Shown piece after piece: positions 1-15,200 of a stretch of 64,000 nt of DNA (the stretch's first letter is position 1; every line of letters starts with the position of its first letter). The stretch is from the NCBI GenBank assembly GCA_905178155.1, contig CAJINV010000007.1, positions 283,279 to 347,278 of the forward strand, in the 5' to 3' direction. The notes beneath the pieces were generated by a model that was not told the DNA's origin, made no database searches, and saw nothing but the letters and a program-made list of their open reading frames with translations. The DNA comes from Amoebophrya sp. A120. Lineage: Eukaryota > Protista > Dinoflagellata. A program made the position numbers and the translations under genes.

Positions 1-225
1 ATGCACTGCCCTCATTTGTCATGCAAAACCCCAAGTCCAGGTGCTTCGCTTGGCTTCCCTGTGGCAATATTTGCATGACAGATTTTTCCGGAAAGAACCC
101 AAATAGTACTACACCAGGTGGTCACCACTGAATTTGTCACGCACAGGCTTCACGTGTGCTGGTGTTTGTATTGCAGCTTATGCAAAAATACAAATGAGGA
201 GGAGGGAGAGTTGTGCACTCTCATA
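1..225. mobile_element. Introner family E (left end off-window)
   Basis: Right TIR GGAGAGTTGTGCACTCTCATA. Confidence 0.7.
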
Positions 226-3200
226 ATGGTCGTCAGCAAGTCATCGAACTTCACCGGGCGAAAAATGTCCATCATTTGCAAAAACGTCCCCGCCCCAGAC
301 TTGTCATGCAAACTGGCATGTCTAAAATGTTTCTCATGCGCAGCCCCATGATCATGAGAGCCATTTTCTATCTGGGAGTTTGTTTGTTATGCTGAAATCC
401 GGATGAGGTGATGCGTCTGCACTACCTCGAACAGAACTACACTACGGATCCAAATCTGTCATGCGAAACAGCCAAAAGTTGGCGATTTGTGTAGCAATAA
501 AGACACCATCTTGATTCTGGGGCCGGGCCGCCGTTTTTGCTCAGGATAATCTCCAGTAAATTGTCGGTGAAACGCACCGGAAACGACTGGTAATACGGAT
601 GGTACAAGAACTCCTCGAGGTTTATTTTTTTGCCAAAAACTGGTGTCTTTTCCGACACTTGCAACAGCTTGCTACGGTGGATGAACGGCTCTCCTTGTGC
701 CTTTTTACTGTCTCCCCCCACAACTTCCTCGTCGCTCGGCCACCCATACTTCGCATCTTTCGGGAGGAAGATCGGGGTGTCTTGCGTAACCACTTTCCAT
801 ATGGACTGCAAAAATGTCTGGGTCTGGAAATCACGCAAGTCGCGCTCGCGGACCACACTCATAGTCTGTAATGCAAACAGAAGCATCACAGATTTTTTGA
901 GACCTTCCGTATGCTTATTCCGCATGAGAAATTCGCCCTCTGCCTAGCGAGAATTGCGTAACTGTTGGCGTTCATGCAACACAGATTTTTTTGTGATCCG
1001 AAATCGCATGAAGACAGGCTTTATGTTTATTCTTCCAGACCCAGACATATTTGCAATGCATATTCCAGACGGTTTCGCTCATGGGAAACTGTCGGTCGCC
1101 CATTTGGACAAAAAGCTCGTTCGCCGCTGCTGGTGCTTCTTGTCCTCCCTTGATTGATTCTTTATCTTTCCCCCACCGGACCGGGATACTTTGCAAACCG
1201 TTCCTCCGTATCAAGAGCAAATATGTCTGGGTCTGGAGGAAACTTGTGATGCAAATCTACGAATTGTGCGCGCACTACAATACGCAGCCCAGCATGACAA
1301 GTATTTGCGCTGCTGTGTGTTTCGTTTTTCGCATGACAAACTAAATTTTTGCATGAAGGGGCCCTTTTCCTGCTCATGCATCACAGATTTCAGACTCATG
1401 CCAGGCAGGCATGACAAACTTGCATTTTTCCCGACCCAGACAAATTTGCATTTGATACTCCGCCGGTAATCCGACACTGCGTGAAAAAAGTCGACCACTT
1501 TTACCGCAAATTTTCTGCGTTCCAGCACCCAAGATGTTTCACCTTCTAGTGGGTTTAGTTCCTCTCCTCTTGCCCTTCGTCGCCGTCTTTCGTAACGGTG
1601 TCCTCTTTCTAATTCTTGGGTATCAGTACTTGCTAGAACGGTTTCAATTTCGATGGTGACCCGCAAGACAGCCTCGTGCCAGTGTATCCTGAGTAAAAAC
1701 GTACCCACACCAGAGTCAAGATGGGGACTTTGCAACACAAACCTAGGAGTTTTGGGAGTCACGCATGACAAGTTTCAGTCCGTAAGGTAGTGCAAGTTAG
1801 CAAGGAAAGCCGCATCACAAATCGACCTGCTGATCCTGTTCACAGCATCACAAATTCCAAAACACGATTGGAAATGGCTCTCATGGGGATGCGCATCACA
1901 AATGTCTTTGTCATTGCAAATCTGCATTACAACTCTGGGGTGGGTACGTTTTTACTCAGGATACAGTCCCTCATGAGTTCAGTCCCGGCGTCTTCCAGTT
2001 GCATATCGTAGGAAAAAAGTGTTACAGTTACACACTCTGATGGAAGACAAGCAAGACAGACAACCTCTGTGATGCTGGAAATGCTTGCCAGCCTCATGAT
2101 TATTTCATTCGCGTTTATTTCCATTAAAGCCTGCGCATCACAGGTTTTCTTTGCCATGCAGAGCAACTTTGTGATGCTGAAAGTCCAACAAATGTGTAAT
2201 TGTAACACTTTTTTCCTGTGATACTGTACCACCTTCACATACCGCGCAAAATTGGAATCAGCGGTAATAGTAAGCTGCGAAGTGCCTGGAACAACATCAA
2301 GACCTCCTCGCATCGTCGTGCCAACCGCCGGATGTATTCGTTCACAGGAACACGGGGATCCACTCGAGGGTAGAGGTTCTTGCAGCGGGTGTCCTCGACG
2401 AACTTGCTGACTCAGCATGTTGATGTTGCTGTCCCCTCCAGTGTATCAAATGCAAAAGTGTCTGGGTCTGGAAGGTTGCAAGACTTGTCATGCAGATTTT
2501 CCATGACCCGCAACGCCTGTAATGCATGCCGTACCATCACAGATTTTTAGACGGCTTACTGATGCCTACTCCGCATGAGAAACGCCCTCTCCGCGTAGCA
2601 CAAAGTGGACTCCTCTTGCTGGTCATGCAATACAGATTTCTTTAGAATCCAGAGATAGCATCACAAGTTGCAACCCTCCAGACCCGGACATTTTTGCAAT
2701 CCATACAGTGGACATCAGTGCGCCGCCGGCGCGGCTGGTCCTTGTGCAAGGCGGACAAACCAGCTTGTCCCACCAATGAAAAGGTATCAAATGCAAATAT
2801 GTCTGGGTCTGGATGAGTGCAGCTTTGTCATGCACGTTTTGCATGAGCCATAATGTCTGTGATGTATGCCCTAGCGTGACAGATTCTTAGCAGGCTACGA
2901 CCATCCTGATGCCTATTCCGCATGACAAATGCCCTCCCCACGTAGCACAAACTGGGCTCCTCTTGCTGGTCATGGTGCAATACAGATTTTTTTAGAATCC
3001 CAAGGCAGCCTCACAAGTTCCAACTTTCCAGACCCAGACACTTTTGCATTTGATAAAAGGTGCCGCGCAGCAGTTGCTACTCTCTCTGAAAGTCTCTTCC
3101 ACCTTCTTCTTTGAAAATCTCTGGCGCGATGAACCGAGGCCGCGCGAGGACTGGGCAGCAGTAGGCGCCAAAGCAGTACCAGTCTCCTCCATCCCGGCCC

Positions 3201-6200
3201 AGCTACGTGCGATATAACAGTGCACAACTCCCCCTCCCCCTCATTTGTATAGCATGAATGGCAACACAAACATCAGCAATAGTGCCGGTTTTGCATGACA
3301 AAATTTGCAACGGATTATAGTGCCATTTGGGCTACCAGAACTTGTCATGCAAACAGTGCCAAGAGGCAAAGGGTGGACTAGGTATTTTGCATGACAAATC
3401 GGGGGAGGTGGAGTTGTGCACTGTGATATGCGACATACCGCTCCCACGTGAGGTCGAACTTGTGTCGTAGAATATCCGAGGCTATCAAATGCAAAAATGT
3501 CTGGGTCTGGAAGAATGCAACTTGTGATGCTGCATTTGGATATCTAAAAAAATTGTGTTGCATGAGCAGCAAAAGGATTCTACTTTTTGTTACGCGGAGA
3601 GGGCATTTGTCACGCGGAATAGGCATTAGGAAGCCCTCAAAAAACCTGTGATGCTAGGTCATGCATTAGAGGCATCATCGATCATACAAAATATGCATGA
3701 CAAGTCTCAGAATCTTCCAGACCCAGACATTTTTGCATTTGATAGAGGCAGCCGCGTTTCGGAATTCATGCCACTGCACTTCCCGGCAGTTGCTGTGCAA
3801 CGAAGGTTCTAGTAGTTTCTGCGGCATCTTGGGGACACAGGGGTGCGGCAGCGATCCGTAGCTGAAACTCAGAATCGTTTTCAAGTTGTAGGCGACCAGG
3901 GGGCTACCATATTGCTTTCGCAGGCCGTGTAAAAGAATGGAATATTGCAGCGGCGGGTACAAATCGAAATCTTTATGCAGAGGGTTAGTACGAGCATGAT
4001 CTTCTGGCAGTCGCTCGAGCAGAATCGGCGGGGGCGCCACGGACACAGCCTCGTATGGCGTCGAAATTGCCTCGAAAGCTATGGATTACAAATATGTCTG
4101 GGTCTGGAATTTTGTATAATGCTAAAAGTGAATGGTAGACGCATTGCAATATTACGCAGCTATGCATGACAAATTTTTTTGGCTGCCATGTCTTACGTAT
4201 TCCGCATGGCAAACTGCGTTTTTGCACGACAGGTAAGAGGGCCTTTTCGTGCCTATGCAACACAGATTCATCTCGAGAAGTCATGCCAGACAAGCATGAC
4301 AAACTTGCATTCTTCCAGACCCAGACATTTTTGCATTTGATAAAAACCTGCCTGAACCGATCTTCCGGGGGAGCTTTTGGTGTCTTCTCGCCAATAAAGT
4401 AATACTCTGGGCCATCTTGCCCACCCGGCACGTCTTGCTTTTTCTGCTCGTCCTTTTTCTGCTCGTCCAGTGCGTTTCGAGCGCACTCTTGCACGTCAGC
4501 TACAAATTTTCGATAGTCCTGACTGGCATGCTATTGAGAGGAAAAATCCCCCCTCCCCATATCGAAAAGGCATGTTTCCGAAAATTTGTGTTGCGTATTT
4601 GAGGTCACAAATCACGTCTGTCTTGCAAGAAGACAAGGGCAAAAGCTTCGCCCCCATTATGGAGGCGATTTGTCATGCTGTTGGGCCTAAAGCGGAGCCG
4701 TTTGCCATGCTGAACAACTAGACCGATACGCCCCTGCATAGCCTGTGGATCTGGCCGCGATGCCTTCCTGCAATACAAAGCCGATTTGTGTACACAAATC
4801 CCGCATCACAGATTTCCATTTCGATATGGGGAGGGGGGATTTTTCCCTTTGATACATGCAGCGTCATGACCGCGTGGCTCCACACGACAGAGTCTACTGG
4901 GCGGACCGGCCCTTCTTGTCTTCCACCGTATGCAAGAAAAAAACTGTGTGAGTGTAAATTTGTGTTGCAGAACATGCAACAGAGTTACACCTGTCATGCA
5001 AGACAGCCATGAAGCTCTCTTTTCATGTGTGTTTTGCCTTACAAGCCACGCATGACAGGTTTTCTCTGTCGTGTAGAGCAAATCTGTGATGCTGTTCCTC
5101 AAAGAAAATTACACTTACACACTTTTTTTTCTGGATACACCGATGAGTTCTTGTACTATTTGCGCAGCCGCTTCAGGCTGGAACTCTGTCACCACGTCCA
5201 GAAAGGTCATGCCGAAGGTCCGCGGCGCAGAAGACCTCGCGTACAAAAATTTCTCCACCTGCTCTTTTACTGCCTCGAGCTCGCTCGAGCTGACCTTTGG
5301 TTGCTTGGTGAGCTGGGGTAAGGACTCGTGCTTCAATTCGTCAACCACCAACGCCCGGGCCCGCAAAACCATTTCCAGTATGGGACGCAGCACGGGCTCA
5401 AACAAGTGCTCAAACATTGCCGCGCGGTGCAAAACCGTTTCGCCCAGAGGCGAAACCGAATAGGTGAGGACTATTTCCAGAAACGGCGCTAGATCTATCC
5501 TGAGGAAAAACGTACCCACACCAGAGTTGTAATGCAGATTTGAAAAGACAGGAAGACTTGTAATGCGCATCCCCATGAGGGCCATTTCCAATCGTGTTTT
5601 GGAATTTGTGATGCTGTGAACAGGATGAGCAGATGAATCTGTGATGCGGCTGCACTTGCTAACCTGCACTACACTGCATAGTGCAACTTGTCATGCGTGA
5701 CTCACAAAACTCCTAGGTTTGTGTTGCAAGATCCTCACCCTGACTCTGGTGTGGGTACGTTTTTACTCAGGATAAGATCTTGCAGTTGTTCCAACACTGT
5801 TCGCTGCCGGCGGGGAGAGGAGCCGCCAGCTGCATCTTGTTTTTTTTCTTCTTGCGGGACACCAATGGCAAACAAAAACTGGGTCAGCCACACCGCCCGC
5901 GCGTCCAGCGAAATTCGCTCAAATTCGCTTGGGTTCTGCAGCTGCTCGTAGCTCATCTTCTTTCGCACCGATGCAGCTGCAATCGCCCGCTCCATTTCCG
6001 TATCAACTGCAATTGTGTGTCTGGGTGTAGAAGAATGCCAGACTTGTCGTGCAGGTTTTCCATGACCCATGAGGTCTGGCATGTAAGACATAGCATGACA
6101 GATTCTGTGAGAGTTCTATCTATCATGCCTATCCTGCATGAAAAACCGCCTCTCGATTGGCTCAAAGAAAAGTGGACAGCTTTTGGTAATCATGCAACAC

Positions 6201-9200
6201 AGTAGATTCTTTACATGATTCAGATTTAGCATGACAAGTTGCTTTGCTCCAGGCCCAGATATTTTTGCATTTGATATTCCGCCTCCGCGTGGCCGAGCGC
6301 CCGCATGAAAACGGTCTCACCCTCCACGTTATCGTGAAGAAAAATCCCTCCTCCACATACTCACAATGGAAATTTGTGCTGCTGATTTGTGACCACGAAT
6401 CAGCTCTGTCTTGCATATGAGGCAAATGGGAGCCGTGTGGCGCATTCCACAGCCAAGCTGTCGTGCGCTTCTGCCTAATGCAAAGCGGTTTGTCATGCCT
6501 GCGGAATTGCCTGAGTGCTAGCCTTTTGCATATTTTTACCTGATCAGGCTTAGAAAATGGAATGCCTACAAGCTCGCTTGTTGCAATACAGCTCTGTGTA
6601 CAGAAATCCAGCAACAGAAATTTCCGTTTCAATATAATGGGGAGGTGGCTTTTTTCAACTTGATACACGTCCCGGGCCTGGAACAGTTCGTAAAGAATCA
6701 TATCGCTCTATGAATGTGCACAACCCCACCCCCTCGTCCCTCTCGTTTGTCATGCAAAATCCCAAATCCAGTCGCTGCCTTGTGGCACTGTTTGCATCAC
6801 AAATTTATTTATCGGGAAGCCCGAATAGAAATAGTTGTATTTTTACACATAGGCACATAAATTTGTTATGCATATGCACAGGCTCCATGCGTGCTGGCGT
6901 GGTCATGTGTATGGCTCTTCATGCCAACCTACAAATGAGGGGGAGGGGACGAAGTTGTGCACTCTCGTACCGTCACCATTCTGTCGTTTCCGATGTTTTT
7001 CGTGGAGAAGAAGGCCAAGCTCAAATGGAATCGCAACAGATCTTGATTGCCGCTCGCCTGCGCTGCTACGTGCAGCGGCGACCGTCTCAGCAGGTCTTTT
7101 GGCGCAAAAAACAGCTGCCATACGGCCGGGAAGGACCCAGCCTGTATCCTGTGTAAAAACGTACCCCAGAGTTGTCATGCAAATGCGCAATGACAGGAAG
7201 ATTTGTAATGCGCACTTCCATGAGAGGCATTTCCAGTCGTGTTTTGGAATTTGTAATGCTGTAAACAGGACGAGAAAATGGCTTTGTCATGCGGCTTTCC
7301 TTGCCAGCCAGTACTACACTGCAGATGGAAACTTGTCATGCAGAACCTCTAAAACTTGGGGATTTGTGTTGCAGACTTCCCATCTTGACTATGGTGTGGG
7401 GACGTTTTTACATAGGATAGCCTCCGGATTTTCGCTTTCCCTTTCTCGCTTCTCAAGTGCGGTTTTCAGCAGTTCCAATTCTGCGATGTGGCCTATCAAA
7501 AGGAAAAATGCCCCCTCCCCGTATCAAAACGGAAATTTGTGTTGCTGATTTGCGACCACAAATCATGTTGTCATGCTGGAGGGCAAAGGATGCGGACTGT
7601 AGTGCTGGCTGGCGTTGGAAAGCCTTGCATCTTCAGCATGACAGGAGGCAACTGGAAGAGGGAAACAGCATAACAAATTGCCTACAATTCAGGCGACAGT
7701 TGCGTCTTTTGCCTTTCTAGCAATACAAGTCGATTTGTGTACGCAAGTCCAGCATCACAAATGTCCTCTTCGATATGGGGAGGGGGGGTTTTTCCTCGCA
7801 ATATGGCCGAAGGGCGCGTCCTTGTGAAGTTTTTGCGTGCCCTCCGCACGCAGAAACCGAATTTGGTCCGCAAGCAGCGCCGAGCCTTCCCAGTCTTTTT
7901 CCTTGTCGTCTAACACTATCTTCAGCTTCGAAAAAAAGACCCCGGCCATCTGCAGGGTACTAGTCCGCTCCCCGGCCCCGGAATAGAGAAGATGAAAATT
8001 GCTCCGGCCTGCATTGTATCAAATGTAAAAATGTCTGGGTCTGGAAAAGTGGAACCTGTAAGTATTGCGTGGTTTGGATCTCTGTAAAATCTGTTTTGCA
8101 TGACCAGGAAAAGGAGCCTTCTTTTGTCATGCAAAAGCGCAGTTTCTCATGCGCACTACGCATGAGGAAGTGTCCGAAAAATTTGTCATGCTTGGTCGCA
8201 CTCAGGAGCATGTTCAATCATCGCCACCCAGCATCACAAGTTTCCAGCAGACCCAGACATTTTTGCAGGTGATACATTGTCTGCCCCCCGAAGCCAAAGA
8301 CGCGGAAACGTGCTTGCAATCGACCACTTGGGCTCCTGTGTTTCATCTTCCCGCCACACGTAATCTTTTTTCACTGCGTCCCATTCGAACATCCTATCAA
8401 ATGCAAAAGTGTCTGGGTCTGGAAAACTGCCAGACTTGTCATGCAGGTTTTCCATGACCCATGAGGTCTGGTCTGTAGGACAGAGCATGACAAATTCTGT
8501 GCGATCTCTCTCATGCCTATCCTGCATGAGAAACTCCCTCCCGACTTGGTCAAAACTGGACGACTTTTGGTAATCCGACAACACAGATTTTTGCATGTTT
8601 CAGATTTAGCATGACAAGTGTCACTCTTCCAGACCCAGACATAGTTGCAGTCCATACATCCCCTCGCGTGGCAATTGAATCTTTCCGAGCAATTTTTCCA
8701 TGAAGATGACATCCCGCTCCTTGCCCTATCACACAGAAAAAAGCTGGCAGGGCATATCTGTCATGACAAGTACTCGGAACAGCTTACATATCACAAGTAG
8801 ACGCGCATCTTGTGCAACTTGTGCGCCGTTTGTGATTTCAGGTCTTTTCGAAAACCGCTTTCTTCTTCCTCGCCTTGAGCGCTAGCCGAAGCCCAGTTGT
8901 TCGTCCTTTCTGCGCCCATATATGTGCGGCGAATGCGAAGCCTGTTCCTGTAAGAAGCTCAAAGCCAAGTCCATTCGTTTTACTTTCTAAAATTTGCGCC
9001 TTCTTTCTCTTATGAATATGTGTATTTATTTTTGCATTACAAATACCAGCCATGCCCCGGCTGACGCCGGGGCGCAAGGCTGTTGGGGCGGGGCAGGACT
9101 ATTTGCGGATCGGGCCACAGCGACAGGGCTTTACGGACAGCGTGACAGATCGAAGGAAGTTTCGGCGCCGGTTTGCGCCATGTCAACCCGCAGGGCCTCC

Positions 9201-12200
9201 TGCGCGCTTCCCGCGCCTTCAGGCGCTATGCGCAGAGAGCAGCTGCAGCGAAGCTTGAGGGCGAAGAGAAGCCGCCTCGGCATCGGTGCCGAAGCAGAAC
9301 TCGGACCGCGCTGCCCTTTGTTGATCACACACACGCCCGCCCCCGCCCAACTGGCTTCCCGGCGGAAGCTGTTGGCGCGAGCGGTTAGCGCGAGAGGGTC
9401 CGCGAGAGGGTGCGCGAGAGGGTGCGCGGGGGGGTAGCGCGAGAGGTGTGGGCCTACACCGTGAAACAGTCCCACCAAAATCGGCCTCGTGCTGGGCGGA
9501 TTCGGTTCTTTTTTACCCCCTCGCAGGCCCTCTTTTTGGCCTCTCCCAAGGGGTGTGGCTAATAATCCGGCTATACTCGCCGGTAGAGGTCTACAGAGGT
9601 GGCCGAGAGGTGGCCCAGAGAGTGCGCGAGGGGTTCGCCCTTATTCGCGCAACCTCTCGGCACCTCTGTCCCCCTCTCGCTTACCCTCTCCCGGCCCTAT
9701 CGGCCACCTCCGTCCCCCATAGGCGCGGCTTTAGGGCGACCGGTTCGGCTGGCTATACTCGCGCCACCTCTCGGCCACCCTCCCGAATGACCTCCCGCGC
9801 CACCTTTCCACCTCTGTGGACCTCTTTTTGACCTCTTTTCACGTCTTTTTGACCTCTCGGCCACCTCTCTTCTATCCTCTGTAGACCTCTTTTTTCGCAT
9901 GAATATAATAGATAGTGATGCCCTCCCAGCTTTTTTCTCTGGGATATGCCCATCCGGATGCGCATGCCACTGAAGGTTTCCGCTGTCTCCACCGAAGTGC
10001 TCGACCAGAGCTGCATCACCACCCACGAAACAAACAGGTCCTGTGCGGCTATCGTACCGGAGATCCGGTAATTTAATCCCAGCCTAGCTTTAAAAGCATC
10101 GATGTGCTTTTCCGAGACTTTGGCATCGCAGTAGGTGTAGAGGTGCCAGAGGAGGAAAGGCGAATCCACCTCCTGAGGGGAAGATGAAGAAGGGGTTGTG
10201 GACGACCACGCAGCAGCTCCTTGTCCTGAGGCACTACCACCTCTTCTACCTTGAGCAGCCAAATCCGCTTTGGTACTTCTGCTCATCCGGTCGTTCGTTG
10301 CCAGGTCAAGAAGACCAGCCGGGCCCCGTCCCGGCCCGGCGGTGAGAAGCCCCGAGCGACGGCGCACCTCGTCCAAGTGTGGCTGGGGAGGATGGCCTGC
10401 CGCTTTAGTAGAGTCGTGGTAAAATTTTTCGGTGTATGGATTGCAAATATAATGTCTGGGTCTGGAAGAATTCATGTTTGTCGTGCTTGTCTGGCATGAC
10501 TCTAAAATCTGTCATGCACGTTGCCCAAGAGCTCCGTTTTTCTGTGATGCAGAAGCGCAGTTTGTCATGCAGAATAGGCAACACCTAGGAGCTCAGAAAC
10601 TTGTGATGCTGTGCCAGCATTTGTAGCCTCCTCATGAGACGCCACCCAGCATCACAAGTTTCCAGACCCAGACATTTTTACTTTTGATACGGTGAGATCG
10701 CCGAGTCTGCGCTCCGTCCCGTAATACATCTCCGATACCAGATACCCAAGGGCCAGCGCGTTTCTGAACCCGTTTGCATTCCCAATAATCGCGTCTGCCC
10801 TGGAGCTATCAAAGAACGCACATATGTCTGGGTCCGGAAGTATGCAGATTTTTCTCATGCTATGTTTCCATGACCCAGATCCAGCAGGTCTGGCATGCCG
10901 GGCATAGCATATACAGGTTTTGAGAAGTAGGTGGAGCGCCGATGCCTATATACACATGACAAATTGCCTATTTTGCGGTTGACAAGGATTGGCAATCTTT
11001 GCTGTCTGTGCTTTTTTGTGTCTTGTGAAATGCGCATTACGAGTTCCACCTTTCCAGACCCAGACTATGTTGCACTTGATAGGAGCTCACTGCGATCAAA
11101 ATCGTGTGCAAAAACTGCGGGTACCGCGTCCCTTGTGCCGACTCCAGCGAATCCAGGGCGTAGAAGACTCGCCGCGCCGGACACGCCGAGACGTCGCTTT
11201 TTGCGTCCTCGCATGACCCGAATGATCCATCGCCCCTTGTTGGCAACGATCTGCGATGATGAACCAGAAATTGCTGCTGCAGTTGCAGATCTGGTAATTC
11301 CTTTTCTTTCATCAGAGGTCCAGTCTGAACCCCCGCGCCAACCTGGTTCGCCGTCTGATGCGTGAACCTGGATACTGAGCGGCTACTCAGAAATTTCGCG
11401 TAGTCGATCTCCATCTGTAGGAGCCGGAACATGAGGCTTGCGATATCAAAATGAAAAATCCCCCCACCCCATACTCAAACTAGAAACTTGTGACGCAGAT
11501 TTGTGATCACAAATCAGCTCTGTCATGCTAGAAGGAAAGACATGCGGAGCGTAGTGCTGGCTGGAGTGGGAAAGCCTTGCGCCTTCAGCATGACAGAGAG
11601 CAACTGGAAGTGGGAAACAGCATGACAAATTGCCTGCACCCGAGGCCACAACTGCGGCTCTTGGCCTTCCAGCATTACAAGTCGATTTGTGTACACAAAT
11701 CCAGCATCAAAAATTTCGTTTTGATATGGGGTGTGGGCTTTTTTCATTTTCATATGCGAGATGCTTCCAATTCTGGAGGATTCTTTTCGTGGTCACCAAC
11801 TGGCGTTGGCTAGCAGGATTTCCAACATTTTGCTGCAAAAACGATCCGCCCCCAAACAGCAAGGTCTCCGCATCGCGCACTTTGATCCATTTCTATAAAA
11901 GTGCACAACTCCCCCTCCCCCTCAGCTGTCATGCAAAATACCCAATCCTCTCTTTGCCTCTTGGCATTGTTTGCATGACAAGTTCTGGCAGCCCAAATAG
12001 CACTACACTCCAGTGCAAATTTGTCATGCAAAACCAGCATTCTTGCTGATGCTTGTATTGCCATTCATGCTATACTCAAATGAGGGGGAGGGGGAGAGGG
12101 AGTTGTCCACTGTCATAATTTCAGGATGGGATCCAGAAACGATTTGTGCTGCGTATCAACTGCAAACGTATCGCACTCGTATAAATGCATTGCAAATTTC

Positions 12201-15200
12201 ATCAGCAGGAGAAATAAAATTTGTAATGCGGATTCACCTTAAGAAAAAGAAACGTGATGCATGATTGCAATTTTTGCTACGAGTACGATACTTTTGCACA
12301 AGATACTGCGCTGCGGATAGCAACTTGTCGACCGTTTGCGGGTCCCCCGCGGGGTCTACGCCCGCACCATGACTTGGATTTGGAATGAATGTGTATGCAG
12401 AGCAAAATAAACGTGTTAGTTACCCCGGGGCTGTCCAATTGGGAACTCAATAGCAATACAAATCCAGAAGTGGTGGGGTTCACGCATGAAAAGCTCCTCT
12501 CTGCACGGTTGTGCTGCAGTTTAGCAAGCAGGGCAGCCGTGGATCACATCAAAGCCGTTTCCTTATCCTCATCCTGTTTACAGCATGAGCATTACAAATT
12601 TCAAAACACGACTGCAATAAATGTTTCTTGTGGAGATGCGCATTACAAGTGTAGTTCTCGCGATTGCAAGGGTGGTCACGTTTGTGCTCAGGATAAGGGG
12701 TTGCTTTTTCGGCCCCCCATCACATACCCGTGCACAAACCCGTCCAACAAGCGCGTCAGTATGCAAATAAAGAAGTGTAAGTATAGGTGTAAGTTTGTGG
12801 TCGTGAAGATGCAACGCACGACGCAATACCATTACACCTGTGATGCTGGCCAGCCAGCATGATCAACTCCTGTTTTAATATGTGTTCTCAAACTCAAGTA
12901 CTAGCTGCGCATGACAGGTTTTGTTCACTAATCGTTATACAGAGAAAATTTGTCATGGTGTCACCCGAAGGGTCACCTACTTACACTGCTCTTCGCACAG
13001 TTTTCTTCCTGGATAGTCAAGTAGGACTGCGTCGTGTGCCCGGGAATGGATATCAAACGCAAATATGTCTGGGTCTGGAAGAGGACAAGTTTGTCATGCA
13101 CATTTTCCACGATTCGTGATGTCTGTGATGTATGCGTTCTTAGCATCACAGATTTTGCGAGCGCTTATCGATGCGCATTCCGCATGACTAATGCCCTCTC
13201 CGCGTAGCCGAAGTAGACTCCCCTTGCTGCTCACGCAATACAGATTTTTTTTAGCATCCAAAGGCAAAATCGCAATAATTGTACTCTTCCAGACGACCCA
13301 GACATATTTGCAAAGCATAATGGACTCCGGGTCCTTAATCCTAGTAGACGAACCCAGTATTGAGAGGAAAAATCCCCCCTCCCCATATTAAAACGGAATT
13401 TCTGATGCTGGATTTGTGTACACAAATCAGCTTAGTATTGCAGATAGGCACCCCGGCCAGATCCCCAGGCTAGGTAGGGGCGTATGGGCCTAGTTGCTCA
13501 GCATGGCAAACGGCTGACCTTTAGGCCCAACAGCATGACAAATCGCTTCCACAATGAGGCGGAAGCTTCTGCCCTTGTCTTCTTGCAAGACAGATGTGAT
13601 TTGTGACCTCAAATCAGCAACACAAATCTTCGGAGACATAAGTACCTTTTCGATATGGGGAGGGGGGATTTTTCCTCTGAATACCCAGCGAGAGGTATGC
13701 CATCAGGTGCATCGGGTAGGAAATTATCCTGTGTCAAAACGTCCCCACCCCGCCAGAGTTGTCATGCAAATCTGCATGCTCAAAATGTTTGTCATGCGGA
13801 GCCCCATGAGAAGCATTTTCTGGTCGCGTTTTGGAATTTGTCATCCGCCAACCAGCATGATGCACTAGATCAGTGATGCTTCTGAAGTAACTCAAACTCG
13901 GCACGACACTGCGATTTTTCCAAGTTTGTCATGCAAAACAGCCAAAACTCGTGGACTTGTCTAGCCGCTTCCCCATCTTGACTATGGGGTGGGGAGGACG
14001 TTTTCACATAGGATAGAAATAAACTCAAACTCATCGCTGTCGCGCACAGCCACCAACTCGCTCGGCGCTGTAGCTTTTTTTCCGAAAGCTGCAGCTGCAA
14101 TGTCGTCGTGTGTGGTTGAAGATTTTTCCCAGACTGGTAAGAGTAGAAACATCTTCCATTCATCATTTCCGTCTCGATACAACTCGTTGGACTTACTTGG
14201 ACTAAAAGAGTCAAACAGGAGCTCTATCAAATGTAAAAATGTCTGGGTCTGGAAGATTCTGAGATTTGTCATGCATGTTTTGCATGAGCCCTGAGGTCTG
14301 TAATGCATGCCCTAGCATCACAGATTTTTTCAGACCTTCTTGATGCCTATTCCGCATGACAAATGCCCTCTCCGCGCAGGAAAAATTACACTCCTTTTGG
14401 TACTCATGCAATACAGATTTTTCTGGAATCCAAATGCAGCATCACAAGTTGCATTCTTCCAGACCCAGACATTTTTGCAATCCATAAGCTCCACGAGTTT
14501 GCAATCGTGCGCAAGGTATTGTCGGTGATTTGTTGGCCCCTCTTCGTTGGTCTCCTTCCTACGCAGCGGGAACCATATGCCTTTGCCCTTGCCGACGAGT
14601 TCTTGATTGAAGTAAGTGCTTCCTTGATCAAGAGGGACAAGGTTGTAGCCCAACAGCGCGTTTTCCAGGATCGGTCCCAGCAGCCCCCGCTGATCCGCAC
14701 AACCGGTTAATGCGATCCGCATCTTTATCAAAAGGAAAAGTCCCCCTTGCCCATATCAACAGGAAGTTTCTCACGCTGGATTTGCGTACGCAAATCAGGT
14801 CTGTCTTGCAATAGAAGACTGCAGGCCCATAATATCACGCCTATAGTAGAAGGGTTTTGACGTAGGCGCGTAGCATGGCAAATGTGAACCCTGTAGGCCC
14901 CATAGCATCACAAACCCCCTGCATGAGGTCCCGGAGTCGCTGCATTGGCCTTCTTGCAATACAGAGACGACTTGTGTCCACAAATCAGCAACACAAATTT
15001 TCAGAAGTATCCCTTTTTGGTATGGGGAGGCGGGATAATTTTTCCTCACGATAATCTTTTCCGCCAAGCTAGGAATCTCCTGCAGGGCTTCGTACCACAT
15101 TCGCGCTCTTTTGGTCTCAAAACGCTGCCCGATCGGATCTACTTCCCAGGGTGGCAAATCCCGTAACCGGCACAGGCTTTCCTCCGCGGGTAAAGAGGAT

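Noticed and set aside
1209-1457. Tc1/mariner-type MITEs with a TA target duplication
   Set aside because: A separate variable 5-bp duplication lies outside the TA, and the frame is restored only if TAT...ATA belongs to the element.
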